Part shown: positions 9,741 through 20,005 of the stretch, in pieces
Layout: every line of letters begins with the position of its first letter
Position numbering within the stretch: the stretch's first letter is position 1
Source of the DNA: a virus
Taxonomy: Duplodnaviria > Caudoviricetes
IMG/VR virus record: IMGVR_UViG_3300044858_006017
Coordinates: 1 to 56,150 of that record
Length of the DNA: 56,150 nt
Direction: 5' to 3' (one strand)
The notes under the pieces: generated by a model
Database searches by the model: none
What the model was told of the DNA's origin: nothing
Seen by the model: the letters and a program-made list of their open reading frames with translations, nothing else
Made by a program: the position numbers and the translations under genes

Positions 9741-10424
9741 TCATGAACCGTGAACCGGCTCCATTAATTTGAATATTCTATCTAACTGTTCATCTTCATT
9801 CGTTAAAAGTTTGGATTTCTTTAATATCAAATCCGCTCTATGTCTAAAATACCCTCTATGGGACTGGGAAGCATGGATTACATCTTCAGGGGCATCGACA
9901 TCATTGTCTATATACACAAGAAAAACCTCATGTTTTTTTACTAAAGCTTCCCACTCGTTGGGGAAGTTTACATCATCTGTCCATACAAAATCAAGTGTTT
10001 CACAGGTGTCTTCAAGTAATCTGATAAATCCCACAAACATTTTTGTATGTGCGAGTTCGTCATAATCCCGGATGACTTCCGTTCCTAAGAACTGCATAGC
10101 GTGTCTAATCGAATGGAGGTAAAGCCCTTCAACACGTTCCAATAAAAAGTCCATCGGTATACCAAACTTATAGTTTATGAGTTCACAGTCTTCTTTTGTA
10201 GCCACGATCCGGTAGTTTACCATGTCTTCTTTGATTTTGAGATTGTTTAAAAGGTTTAGAGATAGGTTAAATCCGTGGTTCGTATAAATATCACATACAA
10301 GCTCTTTCAAAGGAGCAGCCACAGACACTTTCATCCCAAAAAGATGATTGTATTTTTTCTCAAAACTATACCCTGTAGTTGTTTTACCCGCTCCGTGAGG
10401 GCCTGTGAATACTAAAACTTTCAT
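9741..10424 (-). CDS. deoxynucleoside monophosphate kinase
   Basis: P-loop TGPHGAGKTT, AAPLKE, RHAMQFLGTE. Confidence 0.8.
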   Translation of the reverse strand: MKVLVFTGPHGAGKTTTGYSFEKKYNHLFGMKVSVAAPLKELVCDIYTNHGFNLSLNLLNNLKIKEDMVNYRIVATKEDCELINYKFGIPMDFLLERVEGLYLHSIRHAMQFLGTEVIRDYDELAHTKMFVGFIRLLEDTCETLDFVWTDDVNFPNEWEALVKKHEVFLVYIDNDVDAPEDVIHASQSHRGYFRHRADLILKKSKLLTNEDEQLDRIFKLMEPVHGS

Positions 10425-10427
10425 TAT

Positions 10428-10835
10428 CTACTCCGTTTTTGCTTTTGCCGCCCTCTTACTTTTCGGAGTTTTCTCCATTAACTTGATAGGTAGTGCCCAC
10501 TTTGGAAAGGAGGATAGTTGGGGGAGGATTTCCATCATGCTTTGAGCGAAAGTTTCTACAAGAGTCTCCTCATCTAAATGGGGGACGGAGGCTGGGCTTA
10601 AGGTTTCTAGAATAGCGTGGCTAATTTCGTGCCATAATATCAAGGAGATATATTCGGGGGTGGAATCTTTGGTGTAAACTGTGATTTTTTGTTTACGGAA
10701 ATCAGCTAAACCTACGAATTCAGTAGGTTCCTCGTGTTGGTTTGCTTCTACAGACCACTTTCGGCCTCTTAAAATAAAGTTAAAAGGCTCTAAACGCTTA
10801 TTATCATTGGGTGACCGTTGTCTATTAGCATGCAT
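10428..10835 (-). CDS. HEXXH metallopeptidase-like phage protein
   Basis: LWHEISHAI...DEETLVE; true start probably downstream of 10835. Confidence 0.6.
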   Translation of the reverse strand: MHANRQRSPNDNKRLEPFNFILRGRKWSVEANQHEEPTEFVGLADFRKQKITVYTKDSTPEYISLILWHEISHAILETLSPASVPHLDEETLVETFAQSMMEILPQLSSFPKWALPIKLMEKTPKSKRAAKAKTE

Positions 10836-11440
10836 TTGTTAGCTACCGCCTTCCTTAAGCCTTTGTGGTATGAAAAAGCTACTGAAGAGGTGTCAATCAA
10901 GCAACCTGCCTCAGCCCCAAACACACTATGACCTAAAGTTTCCACGAACTCAATATAGCATTGGTGAGTATGCCCTTGAACCACTGATTTCCCTAATAAT
11001 TTTGCCTTATCTATAGCTTTCATGGGGGCAAAATCCCCGTGCATATAAATAACCTTATCGATTTCAAGAGGTTTATGGTGCCATGCCCATCCTTCAAAGT
11101 CAAACTCGTTCCATGGAGCTATCATATTCTGGTGTTTCGTGGGTAATCTGCCGATTTTAGCCGATTTAATCATCCGGTGGTCGTGATTCCCTACTAAAAT
11201 ATCCATTTCAGGGAATAATCTGTGCATTTTCTTCATGTTTTCGCACACTCGTTTATACTCGATGTCGGGAGCGTCATGGGATACTTCCTTTTCAAACCGT
11301 GACCAGGAATACCCATCGATGATGTCTCCAAGTTGAATTATCCTATCTACATTCAACCTTAAAGCCAGCTTAGCAACGGCTTGGAGCTTTACCCAGTTCG
11401 TAAAAGGAAGATGGATATCCGGTATAGCTAATACTTTCAT
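10790..11440 (-). CDS. calcineurin-like metallophosphoesterase
   Basis: DIH, GDIID, GNHD, HG, GHTH motifs. Confidence 0.85.
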   Translation of the reverse strand: MKVLAIPDIHLPFTNWVKLQAVAKLALRLNVDRIIQLGDIIDGYSWSRFEKEVSHDAPDIEYKRVCENMKKMHRLFPEMDILVGNHDHRMIKSAKIGRLPTKHQNMIAPWNEFDFEGWAWHHKPLEIDKVIYMHGDFAPMKAIDKAKLLGKSVVQGHTHQCYIEFVETLGHSVFGAEAGCLIDTSSVAFSYHKGLRKAVANKCMLIDNGHPMIISV

Positions 11441-12354
11441 TATTTTGCCTCATAAAAATTTTCACCTACCGAAAACCCCATGCCGATAGGAACAGACCAA
11501 TTCAAGACTTGATTAAGTTTGGCCACGGCAGCTTCTTTGGCCTGTCGTAGCAAATCCACTTTATCACGTGGGCACTCTAACACAACTTCATCATGTATTA
11601 CAGTGACAAAAATAAAAGGAACATTGAAAAGGGCGCACTGTTCTATTAAATAGCTGATAAACATATGTAAAAGACCTGAAACCGAACTTTGAATAAGGTA
11701 ATTACAGGCTTTATGGGTGGAATCAAACTCGCTACTGGTGTCAAACACCAACCTATATCCGAACGCATTAGAAAACCAGCCTCTTTTACCTTTTGCTTGG
11801 AGCTTATCGGCTAATTTTTTCACACCACTAAAAGTGTGCCAATAAGCCCTATAAATCTCTTGAGCTCCCTGGAATGAGATTTCCCTGTTGAAAGCTTCGT
11901 AACTCTGTTTCTGGAGCTTTTTTGGGCCTAATCCATACAATAAAGCTAACGCCACCATTTTGTAGTATTGACGGTCACTGTCTATTGGTTTTTTAACTGC
12001 TTTCGAGTCTTTGAGCCATTGGGTAACAAAATCACCTTCAGGAAATGTTTTACCCCAGAGTTCTTTTAAAAGAATCTTCCCCTCTTTCGTGGCACTCATA
12101 AACATTAAATAAATATCATCAATCATCAAAATGTTGTCAGAATCCCAAAAAGGAGGTTTTCCTACTCCATCTAAAGTAGCATACCGATAACGGATATCTC
12201 CACTATAATGCGCTGTAACTGTAGGTTCCCCCGCACAGCAGTCTATTGATATAATTAGGTTTTTTTCATCTGGTAGGAGGTAGGAGCATTGCCCCCCTAA
12301 ACCCTTTATCCCTTTATCCCTCCGAGCCAAACCTTGCACATTTAGTTTACTCAT
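11440..12354 (-). CDS. polA: DNA polymerase family A, polymerase (C-terminal) half
   Basis: Motif A IDCCAGEP, motif B RQYYKMVALALLYG, NYLIQSS, motif C IHDE. Confidence 0.85.
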   Translation of the reverse strand: MSKLNVQGLARRDKGIKGLGGQCSYLLPDEKNLIISIDCCAGEPTVTAHYSGDIRYRYATLDGVGKPPFWDSDNILMIDDIYLMFMSATKEGKILLKELWGKTFPEGDFVTQWLKDSKAVKKPIDSDRQYYKMVALALLYGLGPKKLQKQSYEAFNREISFQGAQEIYRAYWHTFSGVKKLADKLQAKGKRGWFSNAFGYRLVFDTSSEFDSTHKACNYLIQSSVSGLLHMFISYLIEQCALFNVPFIFVTVIHDEVVLECPRDKVDLLRQAKEAAVAKLNQVLNWSVPIGMGFSVGENFYEAK

Positions 12355-13385
12355 TGATTACCTCCCGCAAAACGTCCCGTGGAAGTCCCGGCAAGTTTTA
12401 GAGAAACATGCCAACGGCCGTCCTCTTCACTTAATTCCAATAGGTTTTCCAATTGGGCCATGACGATCTGTCTGTTCTTTCTTTTATCGAGTTTAGCTGC
12501 AGCCTCTCCAAACTGTTTTAAATGAGCTTTTTTCAAAGAAGGTTTCCCTTTAGGTGTGGTATATAGAGTAGGTAGCCCCATAACTTTGGTGAAAAGAATT
12601 TCTCGGTGAAGATTAGAATCAATGTTAAAAGGAACATGGGAAACTATTTTCTTTTTAAACCTAGCCTGCTCCTTTTCGGTGATAATTCTCTCCACTTCCC
12701 CAATTTCGGCCTGAAGAGTGGTCTTAAACTCTTCTTCATTCTCAGCTAGTTCTTCTTTAATAGCCTCCAGATACTTTTTAATCCCTTCCCTGTCCACACG
12801 TATCCCCCGTATTTGGGAGTCTACAACTTCTTTTGCGGTGGAGAGGTATTTAACATGATCAATACGAGGGTCAAACCCTATTCCGAAAAAGTAATCTAGA
12901 ATTAAATGGGTCAGTTTCAACGTAGCTACTGCGTCCCCGATATTATACCGCCGAAGAATATCTGGAGGTAGGCGGGATAACTCTGATTTTTTCATTTTAT
13001 TAGCCGCAAGATAAGAGTGTGCTTCGGCTTCCCATGAGAGATCTTCTTCAGAGAGAATTCTTTTTGCCGCGTCTTTAAGACCATAACTCATAATCTGGGG
13101 GCGGTTGTCATAATTTTGGACAAGTCTCATACAGTCCCAGACAATGTTTAAGGAATATTGCGGGAACTTACATTTAAGCACCATAAGCTCAAACCCTACA
13201 TTATAGACCACGACGGGATGTTGTGTATCATGGAGGTGTTTGAGTATTAAATCAATATTTTCGGGGGTGTTTGCATATTCAGACTGGATGTATACATCCC
13301 CCCAAGCAATAGCAATAGATGTTACTGAATGCTTGGGTGACCACATCTCTAGCCCTGTTGTTTCAAAATCGAGAGCTACAAGCAT
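12351..13385 (-). CDS. polA: DNA polymerase family A, 3'-5' exonuclease/thumb (N-terminal) half
   Basis: ExoI DFETTG, ExoII YNVGFE, ExoIII YNIGD, ends with TSTGRF. Confidence 0.85.
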   Translation of the reverse strand: MLVALDFETTGLEMWSPKHSVTSIAIAWGDVYIQSEYANTPENIDLILKHLHDTQHPVVVYNVGFELMVLKCKFPQYSLNIVWDCMRLVQNYDNRPQIMSYGLKDAAKRILSEEDLSWEAEAHSYLAANKMKKSELSRLPPDILRRYNIGDAVATLKLTHLILDYFFGIGFDPRIDHVKYLSTAKEVVDSQIRGIRVDREGIKKYLEAIKEELAENEEEFKTTLQAEIGEVERIITEKEQARFKKKIVSHVPFNIDSNLHREILFTKVMGLPTLYTTPKGKPSLKKAHLKQFGEAAAKLDKRKNRQIVMAQLENLLELSEEDGRWHVSLKLAGTSTGRFAGGNQ

Positions 13386-13387
13386 AC

Positions 13388-14173
13388 TTACTCCTTTGTT
13401 CTTTTAGCATCTAAATACGAGTCAAACCGCTCTTTTGTTACAATACCTTTACCAATACAAAAATCTTTCAGTTTTAGAAGAGTGATGTCGACTCTGCCGG
13501 TCACTAAATGATATTGAGCTAATAACTCATTACCCTGTACTTCCCAGTCAATAGAGTCCCCTACATCTTGCGGGAGAACATCCACCACTACTGCCGGGGC
13601 GGGAGCAGGTGTAACAGGGAGCGCAAGAGCTGGGGCGGGAGGCTCCTCCTTAGCTTTTTTGGGAGGAGGTGAATCATTTAAAGCCTTCCCGTCTTCAAGC
13701 TCTTCTACGGTATATAACCCCCCGACAATATCGGCAAACATGAATCGAATTGCCTGGGAAGTTGCTCGGGCAAAAAGCATTGCTTTAGGCATTTTCTGCC
13801 AATTGGACTTGCCTAAAAGCCCTTGTTTGATTGCATCTTCCACACTAAATCGCGATTTATGTTTTCTTTCCCCACGTGTGATTTCGAGCTCGCATACTTT
13901 ATCCGTATGCTCCAAGACATCAATAGTCCCACCGTGTTTGAGGGCCAGGGCTTGAAGAGCTGCTGCGGATAGGCAAGGTTTCCCTTCAATCACATTAATT
14001 ACCTGGAGTGATTGCATTGGACTAAACCCTAAATCTGCTCCATAGGTACAAGCTACCAAGACGGATTCGGGTTTATTGTAAGTCTTAGGGACTAGCCCAG
14101 ACTTAATAAAAACCTCTGCTTTTGCTAACATAGATTCAAGGGACTGGTCAGAAAAAAGTGTCAAATTACTCAT
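13388..14173 (-). CDS. RecT-like single-strand annealing protein
   Basis: SPMQSLQVINVIEGKP, NWQKMPKAMLFARA, GLYTVEEL. Confidence 0.75.
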   Translation of the reverse strand: MSNLTLFSDQSLESMLAKAEVFIKSGLVPKTYNKPESVLVACTYGADLGFSPMQSLQVINVIEGKPCLSAAALQALALKHGGTIDVLEHTDKVCELEITRGERKHKSRFSVEDAIKQGLLGKSNWQKMPKAMLFARATSQAIRFMFADIVGGLYTVEELEDGKALNDSPPPKKAKEEPPAPALALPVTPAPAPAVVVDVLPQDVGDSIDWEVQGNELLAQYHLVTGRVDITLLKLKDFCIGKGIVTKERFDSYLDAKRTKE

Positions 14174-14468
14174 CGGAAGCTCCTTTTTTGTTTTCAGCTA
14201 AAGTGTCTAAGTATTTCCATTCAATAGTTCGCCAGTTAACCTGTTTTAACTCACAGATCCTCCTTAAAAGCTTTATGTCATGTTCAATTTCACCTAGAGG
14301 CTCACCGTATTGCATCCGCACATACTTTTGATGTGCTTCTATCTTTTCGTCATTTTTCTTCTCTTCCTTGAGATACCGTTGACGTTGGTAACAATCAAGA
14401 AGACGGTCTTTTAACTCATCCCCTGGAAGGGCAAGTAGCTGAGCTTCTTCAAATATCCGTTTTTTCAT
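14166..14468 (-). CDS. hypothetical protein
   Basis: Translationally coupled within the replication operon. Confidence 0.6.
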   Translation of the reverse strand: MKKRIFEEAQLLALPGDELKDRLLDCYQRQRYLKEEKKNDEKIEAHQKYVRMQYGEPLGEIEHDIKLLRRICELKQVNWRTIEWKYLDTLAENKKGASDE

Positions 14469-15976
14469 ATGATGAAAGCCTCTTTAAAATAGGGTGGAAT
14501 GTACTCTGTAGCGCGGGAACCTGCAAACCTCTTCACAGACTCTAAAACCCGGATGATCCCGGGGTCTAACAAATACGTTTTCGAATAATCGTCTGGCCCG
14601 CGTGTTGTTCTACCTGCTGCCTGTAATAGATGCAGCAAAGCGCATGACGCATACCAAAGGTTTCCATCAGGTTTACTCTTTCTTTTAACAACATACGGAT
14701 CCCCAAGGTAAGGATAGTGTAACTTGCATATAATATTAATTTCCCCAACATCTCCATATAAATCAATCCCTTCGCTCATTCCAGAAGCTATCAGCCATTG
14801 GAACTCTTTATTTTTAAAATCATCTAAAGTAGCTTGTTTTGTCTCTTTCGTATTGAACCTAACATCGAGCTTATCGGACAATTCTTCGTATAGTTTAGCA
14901 CCGAGGCTATAGGTTGTGTGGATTATCCCCTGTTTTCCTTTATTCTCCTTAGCTATCTCAATTATTTTTTTAGCAAAAACACTGGGGTCAGTGTCTTTAT
15001 TAATCGTGTCCGCGGCCGGTTTTAGAATAACCAGTCTCCGCTCCTTTGGGATAATTGAGGGCAAGGATAAATAAGCATAGGGAATATCCCCCACAATCTC
15101 CTTAATCATGGTAGGGAATAACGTCCCGCTCATTAACACAATTTTAGAGGATTTAAGGAAGTATTCCATGATTGCAGGGGGAGGAACAATAGATTCAATA
15201 TGGAGTTTTTTATGGCCTTTTGGGTCTTTCTCGATGTAAAAAAACCAATCACTTTTATCTCGTGAGCTTTCAATACCCCAACGGATTGTGTCCAAAGAAG
15301 TGATCAGACTGTCTTCTTTTTTCACGTTAGCTTTTGGGTTTTCCTTTAGTTTTGCACCTTTGAGGTCAGATATCAGCCTACCTTGGTATCTCAGCCAGGT
15401 GACCAGAGAGTCGAGGTCTTTCATATCCCCTGCTTTCCAGGAAGTGTCCGAAAAAGCAAACACCCCTGAGAAAATACTTCTAATAAAGCCACCGAGAGTG
15501 TGTGCCTCGTCCACCACCAGAACATCAGGATACTCTAAAATACCCCCTCTGATAGCCTGTATGAAGCTCATAGGATTAGCTGTAGTGGGGTCACCCATTT
15601 CAGCTCTATCACGTGCCTGGACATAGGGGCAGCCATTACAATATATCTTGAATTCGTTAAAACTATCTGCACAGTTTTCTCCAATTTTACAGCAGTAGCT
15701 GCCTCGTCCTTTTAACAAATTCATGTAGTTAAAGGAGTCCCCATACTGATTCACCAGTATGTTACTGGCTGTAATTATTAATGTTTTAGGGAAAACTTTT
15801 TGAATGGAGGCGGCTATATTAGATTTTCCGGTGGCAACCGGTGCATTAAGGCAAAAAACACGGTGACTATTCCAGTTATCGGCCAACCATCTCACTGCAC
15901 TCACTTGAGGTGATCTTGGGGGCTTTATCGCCTTTAGTTCGTTTAGTAGGCTTTCGTACAGCTCTTCTCTCGTCAT
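14465..15976 (-). CDS. DinG/XPD-like SF2 helicase with Cys cluster
   Basis: APVATGKS, DEAH, MSGT, EGID, QAAGRTTR; Cys-rich YCC..C..CNGCPY; start moved to MTREE. Confidence 0.85.
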   Translation of the reverse strand: MTREELYESLLNELKAIKPPRSPQVSAVRWLADNWNSHRVFCLNAPVATGKSNIAASIQKVFPKTLIITASNILVNQYGDSFNYMNLLKGRGSYCCKIGENCADSFNEFKIYCNGCPYVQARDRAEMGDPTTANPMSFIQAIRGGILEYPDVLVVDEAHTLGGFIRSIFSGVFAFSDTSWKAGDMKDLDSLVTWLRYQGRLISDLKGAKLKENPKANVKKEDSLITSLDTIRWGIESSRDKSDWFFYIEKDPKGHKKLHIESIVPPPAIMEYFLKSSKIVLMSGTLFPTMIKEIVGDIPYAYLSLPSIIPKERRLVILKPAADTINKDTDPSVFAKKIIEIAKENKGKQGIIHTTYSLGAKLYEELSDKLDVRFNTKETKQATLDDFKNKEFQWLIASGMSEGIDLYGDVGEINIICKLHYPYLGDPYVVKRKSKPDGNLWYASCALLHLLQAAGRTTRGPDDYSKTYLLDPGIIRVLESVKRFAGSRATEYIPPYFKEAFII

Positions 15977-16280
15977 TTGTTTTCCTTTTATGGCAGTCTT
16001 TACAAAGGATCTGCAAATCAGAGGAATGCAGCCTTTCAATAAACATCGGCAAATCTTCAAGAGATCTTAAGGAGCCTGCCGGTGTCTTATGGTCAACCTG
16101 ACGGTTTTTTGTGGTGATTTTAATTCCGCAGCTTTCACAGGCCTTTATTCTTTTAATAATTTCTTTCCGTGAGTCATCGTACCACATCCATATTTGGCGT
16201 AATTTGGAGCGTATTAGGCTGAAATGTTTACTTGATTTGAAGAATAATCCCTCTGATCTCGTCTTCAGTTTTTGTTTCAT
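15876..16280 (-). CDS. HNH endonuclease
   Basis: CESC...VDHK...LQILCKDCH. Confidence 0.75.
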   Translation of the reverse strand: MKQKLKTRSEGLFFKSSKHFSLIRSKLRQIWMWYDDSRKEIIKRIKACESCGIKITTKNRQVDHKTPAGSLRSLEDLPMFIERLHSSDLQILCKDCHKRKTNDERRAVRKPTKRTKGDKAPKITSSECSEMVGR

Positions 16281-17028
16281 TGCCTTCTAGCCCCCACTGT
16301 GTATTTATGCAGCTTACTAAAGCAGTTATCACCTCAATCTTATCTTCGGTAATAGGGAGATTTTCATATAGCTGCTGTGCATAAGACCATAATTTAATAT
16401 GCCTGTTACCCTTTCCAGGATAATCATGCATTAATGATACAGCTTTTTGTAAAAGTTGTAATGGGGTGCTCTCCCCTAAGAAGGAACCTCCCGTTAATCT
16501 GTCTTCAGGCATGTCTAAAAGGGGTATTTCGAGCCGCCTACCTTTTACCTTCTCTAAAATTTTCTTAACCCTGCCTGTTTTCTTATGTTTTGTCCCAAGT
16601 AGACGGTATTGCCCGTTGTAGTGGTAGAAACTAAGGTCGGCCCCTTCACCATATTTTTCAACAAAACGTTTTACGGAGTAGGGCACATTTTCACCGATAA
16701 TGGGAAAAATGGGCACGTGGAAATGGATACTGCGATTCCCGGAATCACATTTAAAGTGGGCCACGTGCAGGGAGTTAAGGAAGCTTTGAAAGTTTTCTGC
16801 TTTTTCAGGTTCATTGTCGAAATCAACCAAAAGAGTATCACAGTAAACAGGGTAAACCCCACCTTCAACGGAACCCCTTCGTATGTTATTTAGAGCGGCT
16901 TGAGTAGGGATTCCAAAGACAGATTGAAACCCTGTTAGGCGGGTGAGTTCGAAAAAAGGCACATAGGTAGGTGGGCCCGCTCTTTTGACATCACTACGGT
17001 ATTCCCAAAGGAAGTTAGAGCGGTTCAT
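16228..17028 (-). CDS. AEP-family primase (prim-pol) with PriCT-like tail
   Basis: VDFD, SGNRSIHFH, RLLGTKH..TG, GNRH motifs. Confidence 0.7.
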   Translation of the reverse strand: MNRSNFLWEYRSDVKRAGPPTYVPFFELTRLTGFQSVFGIPTQAALNNIRRGSVEGGVYPVYCDTLLVDFDNEPEKAENFQSFLNSLHVAHFKCDSGNRSIHFHVPIFPIIGENVPYSVKRFVEKYGEGADLSFYHYNGQYRLLGTKHKKTGRVKKILEKVKGRRLEIPLLDMPEDRLTGGSFLGESTPLQLLQKAVSLMHDYPGKGNRHIKLWSYAQQLYENLPITEDKIEVITALVSCINTQWGLEGNETKTEDEIRGIILQIK

Positions 17029-17035
17029 ATATCCC

Positions 17036-17272
17036 CTATGTAACTAGAGCAGTTGAATAGACTATGTAGGTATCCGTGTACAGCTTCTCTTCTTCAAAAG
17101 AAGAAGGTATCATCGTGATTATATCATTATAGTCCCCACCCATTCTGTCACCCTGTGTAACCTCGAATCTGGCCCCACATTTTTCACTGGGGCACCTATA
17201 CCTAAATGTCCAGCTAGGTGCTATAAGCCTTTCTAGAGGCTTTCCGCATTTATTACAAAAATCCATAAACAC
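17036..17272 (-). CDS. zinc-ribbon protein
   Basis: CNKC...CPSEKC. Confidence 0.55.
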   Translation of the reverse strand: MFMDFCNKCGKPLERLIAPSWTFRYRCPSEKCGARFEVTQGDRMGGDYNDIITMIPSSFEEEKLYTDTYIVYSTALVT

Positions 17273-17284
17273 CTCTCAGTTATT

Positions 17285-18007
17285 TTAAAGGTCTATGTCA
17301 TCTACCACTACCGAATGTGCATCTTTTTCACCGGAGGCTTTAATAAATACCACATAAGGCTTCTTTTCTAAGACTTTAGGGTAATCCACAACCTTGTTTA
17401 AATCCAGACTGTACCGGCTTAGAAGGGTTTTCAGGTGGTCTTTAGAGGCTGCTGATAGCACGATATTCTTTTCAAGAACCTCACCTGTTTCCGTCATTTT
17501 AGTGGCGCTAGGGATAACAACAGTTTCTCCTTTGCCATTAACCACCTTGGCTTCGAATTTATTGACATCAAGGGTAAAAGACCCTTCTTTAGGCCCATAT
17601 GCTACCCAGCATTTTTTACCCACCAGTTTTTCGGGTTTAGCAAAAACCTCTTCTAAAGCTTTCTTAGATTTTTCCCAGTTAATAGCTTGACCTGAGATTT
17701 TAGGTAGTCCTAAGGCTACAAGCCAGCTTTGGACATTCAGGAAAGGCAGGTTATTAGGCTTTCCTCCTTCCTTTTTATAAAGAGGGCGAACAGTCGGAAC
17801 TAACCACCATTCTTTAATGGAGGCGCCAGAAGGTGTTTTAAAAGACACCTTATAGTTTTTAAAAGTGGGATCACCAGGAGGAGTACTTTCCGCGATAGAG
17901 GTCAAGGTAACAACCCCTTTATATTCCTTCACATACTCTTCACGGACGCCACTTTCTTCCTCTTCGGAAAGAAAATCATCATCATTCAATAAATCAATAT
18001 CACTCAT
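17285..18007 (-). CDS. putative single-stranded DNA-binding protein
   Basis: Position in replication operon, beta-rich, acidic C-terminus DDIDL; start moved to MSDIDL. Confidence 0.45.
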   Translation of the reverse strand: MSDIDLLNDDDFLSEEEESGVREEYVKEYKGVVTLTSIAESTPPGDPTFKNYKVSFKTPSGASIKEWWLVPTVRPLYKKEGGKPNNLPFLNVQSWLVALGLPKISGQAINWEKSKKALEEVFAKPEKLVGKKCWVAYGPKEGSFTLDVNKFEAKVVNGKGETVVIPSATKMTETGEVLEKNIVLSAASKDHLKTLLSRYSLDLNKVVDYPKVLEKKPYVVFIKASGEKDAHSVVVDDIDL

Positions 18008-18830
18008 AAAGTGCCTTTCTACATTGTTCGACGAAATCACCATTGATTTCGCCTCTATCAAGGGAATCACAAACTTTTTTAAACGGACAGAAAAAACACA
18101 TCCCGCCTTGGCTACGAATTGGGTAAGGAGTTCCTGTTTTAAGGGAATTCGTTACCACTCCTTGATGCCTTTCAATCGCAGAGACAGGGCAATGAAACTG
18201 GCCGTCGATTAATATATCGTCATTTTCTATCGTAACCTTGAATTCGGTTATATCTGGTGCCAGTTTTTCACCTAACTTCGCACGTGTCCCGGCTGTCATG
18301 TATTCTTTACCTACATAAGAAAAGAATCCAAACACGAGAAAGCCCTGTTTAGCCCCTGTGGCCAGCATATATGCTGCGCACTGACTGATATAACTATCTG
18401 GAGGATTTTTATTAATAAAAACCTTTTCAAAGGATGAGACGGAGCTTACTGATTTAAGCTCAAAAACAGTAGGTTCACCATCCAGATTAGCAAAAATATC
18501 AATGCTACCTCTAAAACCATATTTGCCCTCGACTTTCTTATCTTTCTCAAGATTTGAGATTCTTGGAGAGGTTTTTATTTTCTCAAATAGATTTTCCCAG
18601 CCAAAACCAACTTCCCATGTCATAAAGGAAGTTAGACTAGGTTTTTTAGAGACTCCCTGATACCTCAACAGAGCTACCCGTGGACAGGATTGCTCAGAGG
18701 AGCCGATGGGGGTGTCATCTGGAAGCAGACGCCCCGACATACCCCCACGAATGTTGGGGGTTTCTTCTTCCAACATCCTTTTTTCCAGCCAATTACCTAA
18801 ACACTCTTCATAAAGAATTTCTTTTAGCAT
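18000..18830 (-). CDS. Cas4-like PD-(D/E)XK exonuclease
   Basis: CPR, GSID, ELKS, QCAAY, CFFCPFKKVC; no CRISPR array nearby. Confidence 0.8.
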   Translation of the reverse strand: MLKEILYEECLGNWLEKRMLEEETPNIRGGMSGRLLPDDTPIGSSEQSCPRVALLRYQGVSKKPSLTSFMTWEVGFGWENLFEKIKTSPRISNLEKDKKVEGKYGFRGSIDIFANLDGEPTVFELKSVSSVSSFEKVFINKNPPDSYISQCAAYMLATGAKQGFLVFGFFSYVGKEYMTAGTRAKLGEKLAPDITEFKVTIENDDILIDGQFHCPVSAIERHQGVVTNSLKTGTPYPIRSQGGMCFFCPFKKVCDSLDRGEINGDFVEQCRKALYE

Positions 18831-18846
18831 ACTGCCTCCAGTAGTC

Positions 18847-18874
18847 TTATCGGAATAAGTTTTAAAAACCTTTA
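18847..18874 (-). promoter_or_regulatory. sigma28-type promoter of replication operon
   Basis: (T)AAAGGTTT-N11-TCCGATAA upstream of ATG 18830. Confidence 0.75.
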
Positions 18875-20005
18875 ATCTTCTATTTTAGAAAGGAACCTAG
18901 AGACAACAGAGGAGCGGTGGGATTCGGTGAGAGCCACATGGGCATACGCGGGATCATCTTTAAGGAGTTCCACGAGGTCTTGCAGCCCACCCCTAACCCC
19001 ACTGGGAAGGTCGGACTGTTTGGTGTCTCCGATTAGGATAACTTTAGAATTTTCGCAGATACGGGTAATAATGGCTACTATCTCTTTAAAGGAGAGGTTT
19101 TGAGCCTCATCTACCACCAAAATAGTATGGTGGAGACTTCTCCCCCGGATAAAGGAGAGAGGTTGAATATCAATCTTATCGGATTCTATAAAGTTTTCGT
19201 ATTCTGTGAGAGATTTCTGGCCTTTACCTTTCACTCTTTGATTAGTAAAAAGGAATTTTAAATTGTCATGGAAAGATTCCATCCAAGGGCCTAATTTTTC
19301 ATTGATATTACCTGGAAGGTAACCTATATCCTTGCCTCCAAGGGCTTCTAGTGGCCTTGAAATAAGCAGTTTGCTATATGAGCCATCTTCAATCTGATCC
19401 ATTACAGCAGCCAATGTGCAGAGTGTTTTACCTGACCCTGCAGGACCTGCCACCGTCATCACATTGATTGATGGGTCATTTAATAAATACATCAAAATGT
19501 TTTGTTCTGCGTTTTTAGGTTGCAGCCCAAAACAGGCATGCCCTTTAGTAAACTTTACATCTCGTTTAAAGAGAGTTCCCCAACCACCTTCAGTATCATC
19601 AAAGGAGTTATGATATTCCTCACCACGTCCTGAATAAGGTGGGTATTTTACAGCTAATTCTGAACTTAACCCGCATTTTCTGGCATAGGTATGGAACATT
19701 AAATCCGAGGTAAGCAGTGTTAGGTGGGGGTTTGCTCCAAGAGTTTCAAGAATACCTAAATCACCTGTATTTTCTGAGATATGGTCTAAAAGCTCTACTT
19801 TATCCGCCCATTCTTGGCAGAAAATACGGACAGCCCGTGATAACCCTTTAAGTTTTAGAGAGTCGAGCTCCCTAAAGACCTCGTGGCTTACAAAAAGCCC
19901 CCTATTTTCTGGTAAAAATAGATTAGGTAGGTCAATACAGGTGTTTGTATCAAGGAAGTATTGCGGTTTGGTGGGGGCTTTCTTAGCGGGTTTGTTCTTG
20001 TTCAT
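18872..20005 (-). CDS. phoH: PIN-PhoH family protein
   Basis: N-terminal LDTN PIN motif; GPAGSGKT, IGYLPG, RGRS, DEAQN, GD..QSD. Confidence 0.9.
   Translation of the reverse strand: MNKNKPAKKAPTKPQYFLDTNTCIDLPNLFLPENRGLFVSHEVFRELDSLKLKGLSRAVRIFCQEWADKVELLDHISENTGDLGILETLGANPHLTLLTSDLMFHTYARKCGLSSELAVKYPPYSGRGEEYHNSFDDTEGGWGTLFKRDVKFTKGHACFGLQPKNAEQNILMYLLNDPSINVMTVAGPAGSGKTLCTLAAVMDQIEDGSYSKLLISRPLEALGGKDIGYLPGNINEKLGPWMESFHDNLKFLFTNQRVKGKGQKSLTEYENFIESDKIDIQPLSFIRGRSLHHTILVVDEAQNLSFKEIVAIITRICENSKVILIGDTKQSDLPSGVRGGLQDLVELLKDDPAYAHVALTESHRSSVVSRFLSKIED

Noticed and set aside
18000-18830. Cas4-like gene as evidence of a CRISPR-Cas system
   Set aside because: No repeat-spacer array or other cas genes; stand-alone Cas4-like nucleases are common in phage replication operons.
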